32,000 nucleotides of DNA from Wolbachia endosymbiont of Onchocerca ochengi (GCF_000306885.1 NC_018267.1:840001-872000), one strand, 5' to 3'; numbered from the stretch's first letter, positions 21,045 through 30,681 are shown. Notes: a model not told the origin generated them from the sequence alone. Made by a program: numbers and translations.

Positions 21045-21593
21045 TGTTTTTTCATATTCAAAGATTATGTATAGCAGATGAAACCAGTGTAATCAATGGC
21101 GTCACTTTCTACCGTCCAAATAACTAATTAGTATTCAGATTCCTTCAGTTATAAGAGCAGAATTAAAAACTGCTGAAATAAACTCCGCCAGTCTCTTTAT
21201 CATGATAACAAGAGCATTTAGTTATCTTTAATCTGAATAAATTGAACAACGAAAGTATTACATAGCTGTGTCTTACATCTAATTTTATATGCTATATATA
21301 CTTTATATCTAGTTTCAGGATTTTATTATATAATTTGAAGCATACTTATAAAGTAGTTAAGACAGTATAGAACATCAGATTACAAGATTAGAAAATAATT
21401 AACTATTACGAGATTTCTCTTATCTTCTTTCTTTATTTAATAAATCTCTTAATATATATAGTTAATAATTATATAAACGTTGAAATTACAAAATCAATCC
21501 CTACTAATAAGGTGTCATATCAGCACTTCTATGACGCTATTCCAGTTGTTCTTATGAAACCACTTAAGTAGCTGAAGCTGAGAGGGGTATAGC

Positions 21594-21830
21594 ATAAAAA
21601 GCTACTATATTTATATACTTCTAAGTAAACACAATAGAGTTCTATACATAGGTATCACGTTGAATTTAGTTAAACGAAGTTTTGGAACATAAGAACAAGG
21701 TCATTTCTAGCTTGATATTGAAGTATGGTGTGTAAAATTAGTTTGCTTTAAAAAATTTCAAAAACATGAACTCAGCTTTTAATAAAGAAAAACTACTAAA
21801 AAGAAAAGGTTTATGATTATGATAAAGGTG
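21594..21830 (+). pseudogene. GIY-YIG nuclease superfamily (COG2827/UPF0213-like) gene relic
   Basis: Frame 1 from 21594 reads IKSYYIYILLSKHNRVLYIGITLNLVKR, which contains both the GIY and YIG elements. The start position is ATA rather than ATG, and a GAGAGGGG RBS-like element lies just upstream. After a +1 shift near 21678 the sequence reads VLEHKNKVISSLILKYGV*N*FALKNFKNMNSAFNKEKLLKRKGL*. This aligns residue-for-residue with my remembered family pattern EHK...YGVxxLVyxExFxnxxxAIxREKqLKxW, apart from in-frame stops. The end coordinate is approximate. Confidence 0.65.
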
Positions 21831-22271
21831 GCTTAATAGGGTCAGTTTCTGTATTTTTCAAAAATAATAAAGTTAAAGTGTTGCTAGCACAATATAGTAT
21901 TATTGAGAAATGCTACCTGCGTAATCAAGTAATAGAAGACTGTAGTGTCTGTCGCTGTTTTACGGTGGTTTTCACTACCTTAAGTATAAGATATATTATC
22001 ATGCATTTTCTTTAACGCTTTATACTAGGCAGTGTTTATGCAGTTCTTAATGTTTTTTCATTGCTGGCACTATAAAGGTTACATTTTCACACAAAAAAAG
22101 AGCCTTTTCTGAATTTACTGAAGTTATTACTAAAAAAATTGTTAAGTTAAATGCTGAAGGTAATCCTTAAGAAATTTATGATATACTGATTTAACTCATA
22201 GGTGTCAAAAAAAGTTCTTTTTTAAAAAACCTAAGTTATACTTATAAACACTTGATATCTTTTATATAATT

Positions 22272-24932
22272 ATGCCAAATTTTAAAAACAATTCTTACCT
22301 TTACAGTGATAATATGAAATTTGTGGAGGAAATGTATAGCCGTTACTTGCAAGGTGATAAATCAATCGGGGAAGATTGGTACAGAACCTTCTTAGTTAAC
22401 TTAGAAGTTGATAAGTGCTGTAGTATACAACATCTGATTAAAGCAGATGACTCAGTTTCCAATTCAGTAAATTTTTTCAGATCTTACGGTCATTTTTTTT
22501 CAGACCTCAATCCTTTATCACCAAACGTGAATGAGGAAATAGATTACCAGAAATATTCAAATTTCTCTCCAACACGTGATACTAGAGTTTATAGAGATAT
22601 TTACTGTAAAAATATTGGTTTTGAATTTATGCATATTTCCTCTTACAAGGAGAGAATGTGGCTGCAGGAAAAAATTGAAAATCAGGTTTATACACTAAGC
22701 TCGCAAGATAAAAAGGAGATACTGAGGCACTTGATTGAATCTGAGATGTTCGAGCAGTTTCTTCATACAAAATTCCCTGGACATAAGCGTTTCTCTATTG
22801 AAGGTGGAGAATCAGTTATTGTCGCAATAGAAAAGATCATTGGTAATTCCATAGCTTTTGGGATTGAAGAAATAGTTTTTGGTATGGCTCACCGCGGACG
22901 AATCAACGTTTTAACCAAAGTTATTGGGAAAGAATATGCAGCAATGCTATCTGAATTTCAAGGCAATCTTGCATATCCAAGTGGCCTTAAGATGTCTGGT
23001 GATGTCAAATATCATCTCGGTTACTCATCTGATCGCATACTTGCTAATGGCAAGAAAATACACTTGAGTCTATGCCCTAACCCATCTCACCTCGAAGCAG
23101 TAAATCCAGTTCTGGTTGGAAGAGTGAGAGCTAAACAAAAAACGAAGTCTGTGCTCGGGGTATCAATTCATGGTGATGCAGCTTTCGCAGGTCAAGGAGT
23201 GGTTGTTGAGACCTTGGCCTTGAGTAATATTAAAGGTTATAAAGTGGATGGAATCGTGCATATTGTCATTAATAACCAAGTTGGGTTTACTGCCAATCCA
23301 TCCTGCGCACGGTCATCTTTTTATTGTACTGACATGGCAAAATCAATAGAAGTACCAGTATTCCACGTAAGTGGAGATAATCCAGAAGCTGTAAGTTTTG
23401 TCACAAATCTAGCGATGGAATATAGGCAAAAGTTTAAAAAAGATGTGGTGATCGACATAATATGTTACCGTAAACATGGTCACAATGAAGGTGATGAACC
23501 AAATCTCACTCAGCCTCTCATGTACAAGGTAATATCAAAGCATAAAACTCCAGGAACGCTGTATGAAGAGAAGTTAACTGCAGAAAGAGTGCTAAATAGT
23601 GATGAAGTAAACAAACTACGTAGCGAATTTAGGGCAAAATTAGATAAAAGCCTCACTGAATCAGCGATTTATACTCCAAAGAAAGCTGATTGGTTCGGTG
23701 GATTGTGGTCAAAACTTAGAAAAGCAAGGCTAAATGATTTAAACGAATACTATACAGATTCTGGTGTACCATCAGATAAGCTAAAAAAACTAGGTGTACA
23801 TATAAATAGCAATATACCAAATAGTTTTAACATTAATAATAAAGTTAAAAAAATACTCGATAGCAGAATAGACAGCATAAGTTCTGGTAGTAATATAGAT
23901 TGGGCAACAGCTGAAAGCCTTGCATTTGCATCACTACTTACAGAAGGAATAGAAGTGCGTTTGTCAGGACAAGATTCTGGTCGTGGAACTTTTTCACATC
24001 GTCATTCAAAACTCGTTGATCAGGTAACAGAAGAGGTGTTTACTCCATTGAATGATATAAACAAAGAACAGGCTCACTTTGAGGTTATAGATAGCACTTT
24101 ATCAGAGTATGCTGTAATGGGCTTTGAATATGGATATAGTCTTGACTCCCCGTATTCATTGGTGCTCTGGGAAGGACAGTTCGGTGATTTCGCAAATGGT
24201 GCGCAAATTATAATCGACCAGTTTATTGCGTCAGCAGAAACAAAGTGGTTGCGATCCAGCGGTCTAGTTCTACTTTTGCCTCATGGTTATGAAGGGCAAG
24301 GACCTGAACACAGCTCTGCGCGTATAGAGAGGTTTTTGCAGCTCTGTGCAGAAGATAATATGCAAGTAGTTAATTGCTCTACTCCGGCAAATTACTTTCA
24401 TGTTTTGCGCAGACAGATCCATCGAGACTTCCGTAAGCCTTTAGTAGTGTTTACACCTAAATCGTTATTACGTCACAAAAGAGCAGTTTCTCACCTATCT
24501 GACTTTGAAGGAAGATTTCTCACGGTAACTCCGGAATATAGAGTAAGCTTAGTTTCAGATGACAAAATACGCAAAGCCATAATATGCAGTGGTAAAGTTT
24601 ATTACGATATAATTGAAGCATGTGAGATACAAAAAATAAATGATATAGTAATAATACGATTAGAGCAATTTTATCCATTTCCTGCTAATAAACTAAGCAA
24701 CGAGCTTGGAAAATATAAAAACGCTGAAGTTGTATGGTGTCAGGAAGAACCAAAAAACATGGGAGGGTGGTTTTTTGTTAATCCGTTGATAGAAGAAGTA
24801 TTGCTCAATCTCGATGTTCAAGCAAAAAGACCTAAGTGTATAGCAAGACCTGCTGCTGCATCTCCTGCATGCGGTTATGTTAATGTTCATATTCAGCAAC
24901 AAGAGGAAATTTTAAAGCAAGTTATCAAGTAG
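22272..24932 (+). CDS. sucA: 2-oxoglutarate dehydrogenase E1 component
   Basis: 886 aa with N-terminal YLYSDNMKFVEEMY, the ThDP-binding region (GMAHRGRINVL, HGDAAFAGQGVV, NNQVGFT), and the C-terminal transketolase-like domain (RLSGQDSGRGTFSHRH, GYEGQGPEHSSARIERFLQ). Confidence 0.95.
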   Translation: MPNFKNNSYLYSDNMKFVEEMYSRYLQGDKSIGEDWYRTFLVNLEVDKCCSIQHLIKADDSVSNSVNFFRSYGHFFSDLNPLSPNVNEEIDYQKYSNFSPTRDTRVYRDIYCKNIGFEFMHISSYKERMWLQEKIENQVYTLSSQDKKEILRHLIESEMFEQFLHTKFPGHKRFSIEGGESVIVAIEKIIGNSIAFGIEEIVFGMAHRGRINVLTKVIGKEYAAMLSEFQGNLAYPSGLKMSGDVKYHLGYSSDRILANGKKIHLSLCPNPSHLEAVNPVLVGRVRAKQKTKSVLGVSIHGDAAFAGQGVVVETLALSNIKGYKVDGIVHIVINNQVGFTANPSCARSSFYCTDMAKSIEVPVFHVSGDNPEAVSFVTNLAMEYRQKFKKDVVIDIICYRKHGHNEGDEPNLTQPLMYKVISKHKTPGTLYEEKLTAERVLNSDEVNKLRSEFRAKLDKSLTESAIYTPKKADWFGGLWSKLRKARLNDLNEYYTDSGVPSDKLKKLGVHINSNIPNSFNINNKVKKILDSRIDSISSGSNIDWATAESLAFASLLTEGIEVRLSGQDSGRGTFSHRHSKLVDQVTEEVFTPLNDINKEQAHFEVIDSTLSEYAVMGFEYGYSLDSPYSLVLWEGQFGDFANGAQIIIDQFIASAETKWLRSSGLVLLLPHGYEGQGPEHSSARIERFLQLCAEDNMQVVNCSTPANYFHVLRRQIHRDFRKPLVVFTPKSLLRHKRAVSHLSDFEGRFLTVTPEYRVSLVSDDKIRKAIICSGKVYYDIIEACEIQKINDIVIIRLEQFYPFPANKLSNELGKYKNAEVVWCQEEPKNMGGWFFVNPLIEEVLLNLDVQAKRPKCIARPAAASPACGYVNVHIQQQEEILKQVIK

Positions 24933-25645
24933 TATTTGCTGCTTTCAAAGTACTAATGAGAAAGCTATCTAGATTTCAATTTCATAAAAGGAACATTACT
25001 TCGCTATTACTATAATAATTATCAATAGAAAACATCTAAATAGTCGTCTGTATCACAAAGCATATAGGTATCCAAAAATTCACAGCTTGCAGTGATTATT
25101 GTTCCCTTTTACTGGTAAGTTTACTTACCTCACGAGTAACTTACTAAATATTCGCTTTTTTTTCACCATTTAAGCGGATCTTTACTGCATCATGTATATA
25201 TTTTCTTAATTATGCACATATGTGCTTATTTATCTTTTTCATTAGCATAAGGTTTTAAATCAGTTAACAAGAAGCTTTTTACTTTCTCCTATTCTAATTT
25301 TTATGAACGAAACCAATTGATATTGCGCTGTTCACAACCATTATAAGTTGTGCACGTCAGTAAGTAGAAAATTCTAGCTCTCTAGTAAAACTATAAGATA
25401 TATTTTCTGGAAATCTAATTCTATAAATGAAACATATCTGTCTCATAAAGATAAAGTTGAAGTAATGCGACTAAAGGAGAGGTGTATAAGCACTACAACT
25501 TTGGAACATCCTACATCTACGTAATAAGTAACTAAATTACAGCTACCTAGATTGATACTAAAACTGCTGTTGCTTACTATCGTTTACACACTTAAGCTTA
25601 CTTGTACTCTCAAACAAAAAAATAAAGTTTTGTAGCAAATTATAA

Positions 25646-26407
25646 CTAGTTTTGCTTATGGCTTAATTCATCCACTTTCTTGCGTAATACATTCAAATTA
25701 GTTACCCCTACAAACAGACTATCCCCAATTATTAAAAGAGGTGTACCACCTACTCCTAATTCCTTTACTAAAAGTTTACTATTGTTTATCGCTTGCTCAA
25801 TTTTGTCTGCATTACTTTTCATAGAATTATTAAAATCACTTTCATTAACCCCTATATTTTTCACTATATTTAATACAGTTTCATTTGAAAATTCTCCCCT
25901 ATAACTTAAGGCAGCATAATAAAAATCGAAATATTTTTCTTTATCAATGAAATAGACAGCTAAAGCACCTCTTGCTGCCTTTAAAGAGTTATTACCAAGT
26001 ATTGGAGTATCCCTGAAAATATACTTAATTTTACCGTCATTAATCAACTGTTTGATATCGTCCTTCATGGCTTTACAATAGCTACAAGAATAGTCAAAGA
26101 ACCACACAGCTATAATTTTACTATTTTTGTTTCCTGAGTAAGGATAAGCCGAGTCAAATATTTTGTTTTTATATTGTAAGATTTTATCTTTAGTTGCATC
26201 ATCCAGGGTAGCATAACTACTTCTAATTGACTCCTTTCGGAAAGTTTTTATAATCTTATCAAAGTTTCTACTCACATAGTTATTATCTATTCCCTTACCG
26301 ATACAATCATTGTTTAAGGTTTGGTTGCGATATGAAAGCCAATTGCTTATTACTGGCAAACTTACTACTGTAAACATAAAAATCAATAAAAATTGTATTC
26401 TAGACAT
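25646..26407 (-). CDS. DsbA-family thiol:disulfide oxidoreductase with membrane anchor and long N-terminal extension
   Basis: Thioredoxin-fold CxxC active site in FFDYSCSYCKAM and the cis-Pro loop region GVGGTPLLIIG. The ORF track starts at GTG 26446. The ATG at 26407 (MSRIQFLLIFMFTVVSLPVI) puts the hydrophobic anchor at the N-terminus and looks more likely. Confidence 0.8.
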   Translation of the reverse strand: MSRIQFLLIFMFTVVSLPVISNWLSYRNQTLNNDCIGKGIDNNYVSRNFDKIIKTFRKESIRSSYATLDDATKDKILQYKNKIFDSAYPYSGNKNSKIIAVWFFDYSCSYCKAMKDDIKQLINDGKIKYIFRDTPILGNNSLKAARGALAVYFIDKEKYFDFYYAALSYRGEFSNETVLNIVKNIGVNESDFNNSMKSNADKIEQAINNSKLLVKELGVGGTPLLIIGDSLFVGVTNLNVLRKKVDELSHKQN

Positions 26408-28189
26408 ATACTTACTAAATAATCTACAACATGAAGTTTTTAGCACATATTTACTTATATATCAAAAGAAGAATCTATGTTAAGATATAAAAACATTCGT
26501 ATTAAGTGTATTTTATAGTCAGTTTTACTGTAAGTACAAGCTTTACGCACAATGAAATTTAGATATATTATCACGAATTTATCAAAAGATTTGGTGATGC
26601 AGGTAGTTAAAGCTCTCTAGAGTGACCAATTATGAAATGCTCTACCTTTCACTGCTATATATAGTAATTATAGACGTCGCAATAAAAAGTTGACTATTTT
26701 ATAATCGCGGAACACAATTTTAACATATGCTGCAGTAAATTATATGAGTGGGCTAATAATTGCTAGAGAAAAAGAAACGGCTACTTTAGAAAATAAGTTT
26801 TTCCCAATTTGCTAAGTTCGTTGCAGAATATAATTGACGTCGTGTGGAAAAACGTAAACCACTTTTAGCAAAATTAATGTAATCCTACTTGAGTAAACAG
26901 ATCTTAATAAATACAATTTAAAGGCATAGTTTGAGGTCCTATAAAATTATTGTCTAGGGTTTTTCATGATGGCATAAGAATTGCTGTACCTAAAAAACTG
27001 GGTGGATGTGTTATGTCATTTACCTCTTTTGATTGATAAATATGGAAATGGATAAGCTGTGATATTTTTTTAATGAGTTGCTATAGTTTGCTACGTAAAA
27101 ATCTGATTATTAATAGTACTGAGCATTTTTGAATGTGTATTAGATATATCAAAAAACCATATATTAATTATTTGTGACTCAGCAGTTTCTTAGATATTTA
27201 AAAATTAATATATAATAAAAGAAACTACATAATCGTATTACTGCAAAAATAAGTTTGAAGTCTTTTGACTCACGTGAAACTAAAAAGTATTTTAGATGTT
27301 TAAAAGTCAATTTCAACCACCAACAGGTACTACAGATTTATGTAATAACGGAAAAAATACTACATTACCTAAAAACAATAAGTAAATGATTGTTAGTGAT
27401 TCAAAATATTAATGAGGTCCATTTGAAAAATGGATGGTTTGCTATTCAATGAATTTAATATGCTGTTTACCCTTTATATGAAGATGTAAAGAACCAGAAA
27501 CGTATATAAAATTTATATGACTATAAAGAGGTTAAAAGGAATTAGCAAAAAGAGATAATAAAAGCAACTAAAATCACTGAAGGTGGTGCTACTTGAGTAC
27601 TAAATCAAGGAGTTTAGAAAAAACAGGATTTATTAGATGTTTTTTACACTGAATAAAGCAATAAGAAAAACATATTATAGTATATGGATGAATATGTGTT
27701 ATTTTTTTCAGCATGAATTAAACCATTCAGAGAAGAGATGAAAAAGGTAGTAACAATGGGCATTCACTATCAGAAATTAACAATAAAAAACAGCCTGCAA
27801 ATGCAGAAAAACAAGTATTTTAAACAGTATATTTTAAATATGTCAATATAATTATAAAAAAATTAATATAAAAGCATATAGGATTTATATGTAGAAAATC
27901 GGCAATATCAGTATCGATATAAAATACAGTTAAAGAATCTGGTGTTTAAATAGGTCTAGCTTTTGATCGAAAAGATATGCATAATACTTTATGAAATAAG
28001 CATAGCAATAAGCCTTATAGTACAAAGGAGTTTATTAAATATTGAAGAGAAAAAGAAGTAGTTTGTGTGGAGAAAATGAAATCAAAGAAGTAAATATTCT
28101 GGATATTAATTACTGCAAGCAGGATTTACAAAAATCAATTAAAAAATGCAATATATTACGTAATTACACTAGAAGATTTGCTTTAAGTT

Positions 28190-29683
28190 ATGTATAACAA
28201 CCTACGCGACTTTATTAAAGCCTTAGAAGAAAAAAAGGACTTGATTAGAATCAAGGAAGAGGTTTCGACAGTTCTTGAAATGACAGAAATTCACCGTAGA
28301 ATTCTGTTAAATAATGGACCAGCTATCATTTTTGAAAATGTTGTTACAGAAAACGGCAAAAATCCAATTCCTGTTCTAGTGAATTTATTTGGCACTATCA
28401 ATAGAATAGCTTTAGGTTTGAACATAAATCCTGGTAAACTAAGAGATCTGGGTAAATTTTTAGCATTTTTGCAATCTCCTGAGCCACCAAAAAACTTCAG
28501 AGATACTATAAAAATGTTTCCTTTATTAAAAGCCGTATTATCGATGCGAAGTAAAGTAGTGAGCAAAGCCCCATGTCAAGAGGTAGTGCTGACTGGAGAA
28601 GAGGTGAACCTTGCATTACTACCCATTCAGACATGTTGGCCAAATGAACCTGCACCGCTTATCACTTGGCCGATTGTGGTAACAAAAGGACCAACGGAAA
28701 ACAGACAAGATAATTTCAATCTTGGTATATATCGCATGCAGGTCATAGATAAAAAAACGACTTTGATGCGTTGGCTTACACACCGTGGTGGGGCAAGTCA
28801 TCACAAACGATGGAAAGAAGAAAGGCGAAACACAAAATTTCCTGCTGCTGCTGCGATTGGTGGTGATCCTGCAACACTTATTGCTGCAGTAATTTCATTG
28901 CCAGAAACATTGTCAGAATACCAATTTGCTGGACTGCTGCGAAAAAAGCCCATCGAACTTGTAAAGTGTAAGACTATACCACTTCAAGTGCCAGCTCATG
29001 CAGAGATTGTTTTAGAAGGCTACGTGAGTTTGGATAAATATCAAGATGAAGGGCCGTACGGAGACCACACCGGCTATTACAATTCTGTTGAGCAATTTCC
29101 TGAGTTTAACATTACTGCAATTACTATGCGTAAAAATCCAATTTATTTCAGCACTTTCACTGGCAAGCCACCAGATGAACCATCAATCCTTGGCGAGGCA
29201 CTTAATGAAATTTTTGTGCCAACTCTTATTAATCAATTTCCAGAGATAGTAGACTTTTATCTGCCACCAGAAGGGTGTTCTTATAGAATAGCAGTAGTGT
29301 CAATCAAAAAATCTTATCCAGGACATGCAAAAAGAATTGTTATGGGAATATTTTCCTTTCTAAAACAGTTTTTATACACAAAATTTATTGTAGTTGTTGA
29401 CGATGATATAAATATCCGTAATTGGAAAGAGGTAACATGGGCAATATCAACGAGAATGGACCCTGTGCGTGATACTATCATGATAGAAAATGCACCAATT
29501 GACTATTTAGATTTTGCCTCTCCTGAAAGTGGACTTGGAAGCAAAATGGGGTTTGATGCAACAAACAAAATCCCACCTGAAACTAAACGGGAGTGGGGAA
29601 GAAAAATTGAAATGAGTGAGGAAATAGTAAGGAAAGTTACGCAAAAGTGGAAGGAATATGGATTGATAGATTATAAATTATAA
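28190..29683 (+). CDS. ubiD: UbiD-family decarboxylase (3-octaprenyl-4-hydroxybenzoate carboxy-lyase type, ubiquinone biosynthesis)
   Basis: 497 aa. Begins with [22 protein letters not shown]. Also contains [24 protein letters not shown] and FDATNK, all typical UbiD blocks. Confidence 0.9.
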   Translation: MYNNLRDFIKALEEKKDLIRIKEEVSTVLEMTEIHRRILLNNGPAIIFENVVTENGKNPIPVLVNLFGTINRIALGLNINPGKLRDLGKFLAFLQSPEPPKNFRDTIKMFPLLKAVLSMRSKVVSKAPCQEVVLTGEEVNLALLPIQTCWPNEPAPLITWPIVVTKGPTENRQDNFNLGIYRMQVIDKKTTLMRWLTHRGGASHHKRWKEERRNTKFPAAAAIGGDPATLIAAVISLPETLSEYQFAGLLRKKPIELVKCKTIPLQVPAHAEIVLEGYVSLDKYQDEGPYGDHTGYYNSVEQFPEFNITAITMRKNPIYFSTFTGKPPDEPSILGEALNEIFVPTLINQFPEIVDFYLPPEGCSYRIAVVSIKKSYPGHAKRIVMGIFSFLKQFLYTKFIVVVDDDINIRNWKEVTWAISTRMDPVRDTIMIENAPIDYLDFASPESGLGSKMGFDATNKIPPETKREWGRKIEMSEEIVRKVTQKWKEYGLIDYKL

Positions 29684-29703
29684 TGTAGTCCTATGCTTTT
29701 GGT

Positions 29704-30237
29704 GTGCTTGTGAGGCTTTTATACCTTTTATCTTTATTAATATGCTTTTCCCTGTATTATTATGCAGGCCCTATATTTTCACCCTGTCCAAGAGCTACAG
29801 TTTGCTTTTCACCTGAAGAAGATTGTACTACGCCAATAATTAATGAAATAGATCGATCTAAAGAATCTATTTTAGTTCAAGAGTACACATTTACTCTTGA
29901 AACAGTTGCGGATGCTTTGATTAAGGCTAAAAAGCGTGGTGTTGATGTCAAAGTCATCTTAGATAAATCGCAACTTTATTCAAAATATAGTGTAATAAAT
30001 GAATTATCTGCAGGTGGAATACCAGTTTGGATTGATGATAAACCTAAGATTGCTCATAATAAAATAATAATCATTGATGATCAAAGAGTCATCACAGGAT
30101 CATTCAATCTTAGTAGAACAGCTGAAAAAGGTAATGCCGAGAACCTACTAATTATTGAAGACTATCCTGAACTAATTCAACAATATGTGAAAAACTGGGA
30201 AACACGACAGTCTCAATCTTACAAATATACTTTCTAG
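29704..30237 (+). CDS. Phospholipase D / Nuc-like endonuclease family protein (single HKD motif) with N-terminal signal sequence
   Basis: 177 aa. GTG start 20 nt after the ubiD stop. Hydrophobic leader MLVRLLYLLSLLICFSLYYYAG. One HxK(x)4D...GSxN motif (IAHNKIIIIDDQRVITGSFNLS). Size and single HKD match the dimeric Nuc/Rickettsiales-PLD type. Confidence 0.85.
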   Translation: MLVRLLYLLSLLICFSLYYYAGPIFSPCPRATVCFSPEEDCTTPIINEIDRSKESILVQEYTFTLETVADALIKAKKRGVDVKVILDKSQLYSKYSVINELSAGGIPVWIDDKPKIAHNKIIIIDDQRVITGSFNLSRTAEKGNAENLLIIEDYPELIQQYVKNWETRQSQSYKYTF

Positions 30238-30334
30238 GTACTGCCAAAAAGTAGATATTTTAGTTAATTAATGTAATAATAATGTCAAAGATTTACTATG
30301 CATCTTTTTCATGAATTCTACTACTTCCCAAAGT

Positions 30335-30643
30335 TCAAACCTGTTTTATTATATTCATTATGTCCTTGTTTAACAATTGATACATCGTTTTTACACTATA
30401 ATTATCAATTTCTATATTCTCCAATATTGTAGCTTTTACTAATAATAAACCTTTTACAGCTTTTTCCTCCTTTTTTATCAACCCTATTATAGTTGACGAG
30501 ATTTTACCTATTTTTTCATTAAAAAAATTCCTTGAACTTTTTTGATTAATAAACTGCTCTTTTTCATTATGTAGGCTACTCACTTTTTTATTAAATTTAA
30601 GAAACTTACATTCTCTACAACATTTTCTTAACCTAACAAACAT
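30335..30643 (-). CDS. Hypothetical 102-aa lysine-rich protein (orphan ORF downstream of dnaA)
   Basis: Only long ORF in the 444-bp PLD-dnaA gap. It is co-oriented with dnaA and starts 38 nt after the dnaA stop. Cysteine cluster near the N-terminus (RKCCRECKF). I recognise no family. Coding status unverified. Confidence 0.35.
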   Translation of the reverse strand: MFVRLRKCCRECKFLKFNKKVSSLHNEKEQFINQKSSRNFFNEKIGKISSTIIGLIKKEEKAVKGLLLVKATILENIEIDNYSVKTMYQLLNKDIMNIIKQV

Positions 30644-30681
30644 GGTACTAAGACCTATATATAATCTAACTTTAAAAAAGT

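Noticed and set aside
24930-24953. Hairpin just after the sucA stop, as a possible intrinsic terminator.
   Set aside because: The stem is AT-rich with a bulge and is not followed by a U-tract. That is too weak to annotate as a terminator.
26660-26850. Two GACGTCG-containing segments about 164 bp apart (at about 26672 and 26836) with loosely similar AT-rich left flanks.
   Set aside because: The shared core is only 7 nt and is a palindromic hexamer plus one base. Similarity in the flanks is weak. This is compatible with chance in 1.7 kb.
28042-28197. 51-codon TTG-initiated ORF ([51 protein letters not shown]) running into the ubiD start.
   Set aside because: It is short, has a non-ATG start and no recognisable RBS or family. 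It is more likely chance or a relic, and it is mentioned only within the spacer finding.
30238-30681. Possible oriC or DnaA-box cluster next to dnaA.
   Set aside because: I found no TTATCCACA-like 9-mers clustered in the visible (downstream) flank, and the upstream flank lies outside the window. Published analyses, as I recall them, place the Wolbachia origin between hemE and a tlyC/CBS-domain gene rather than beside dnaA. No origin claim can be made here.
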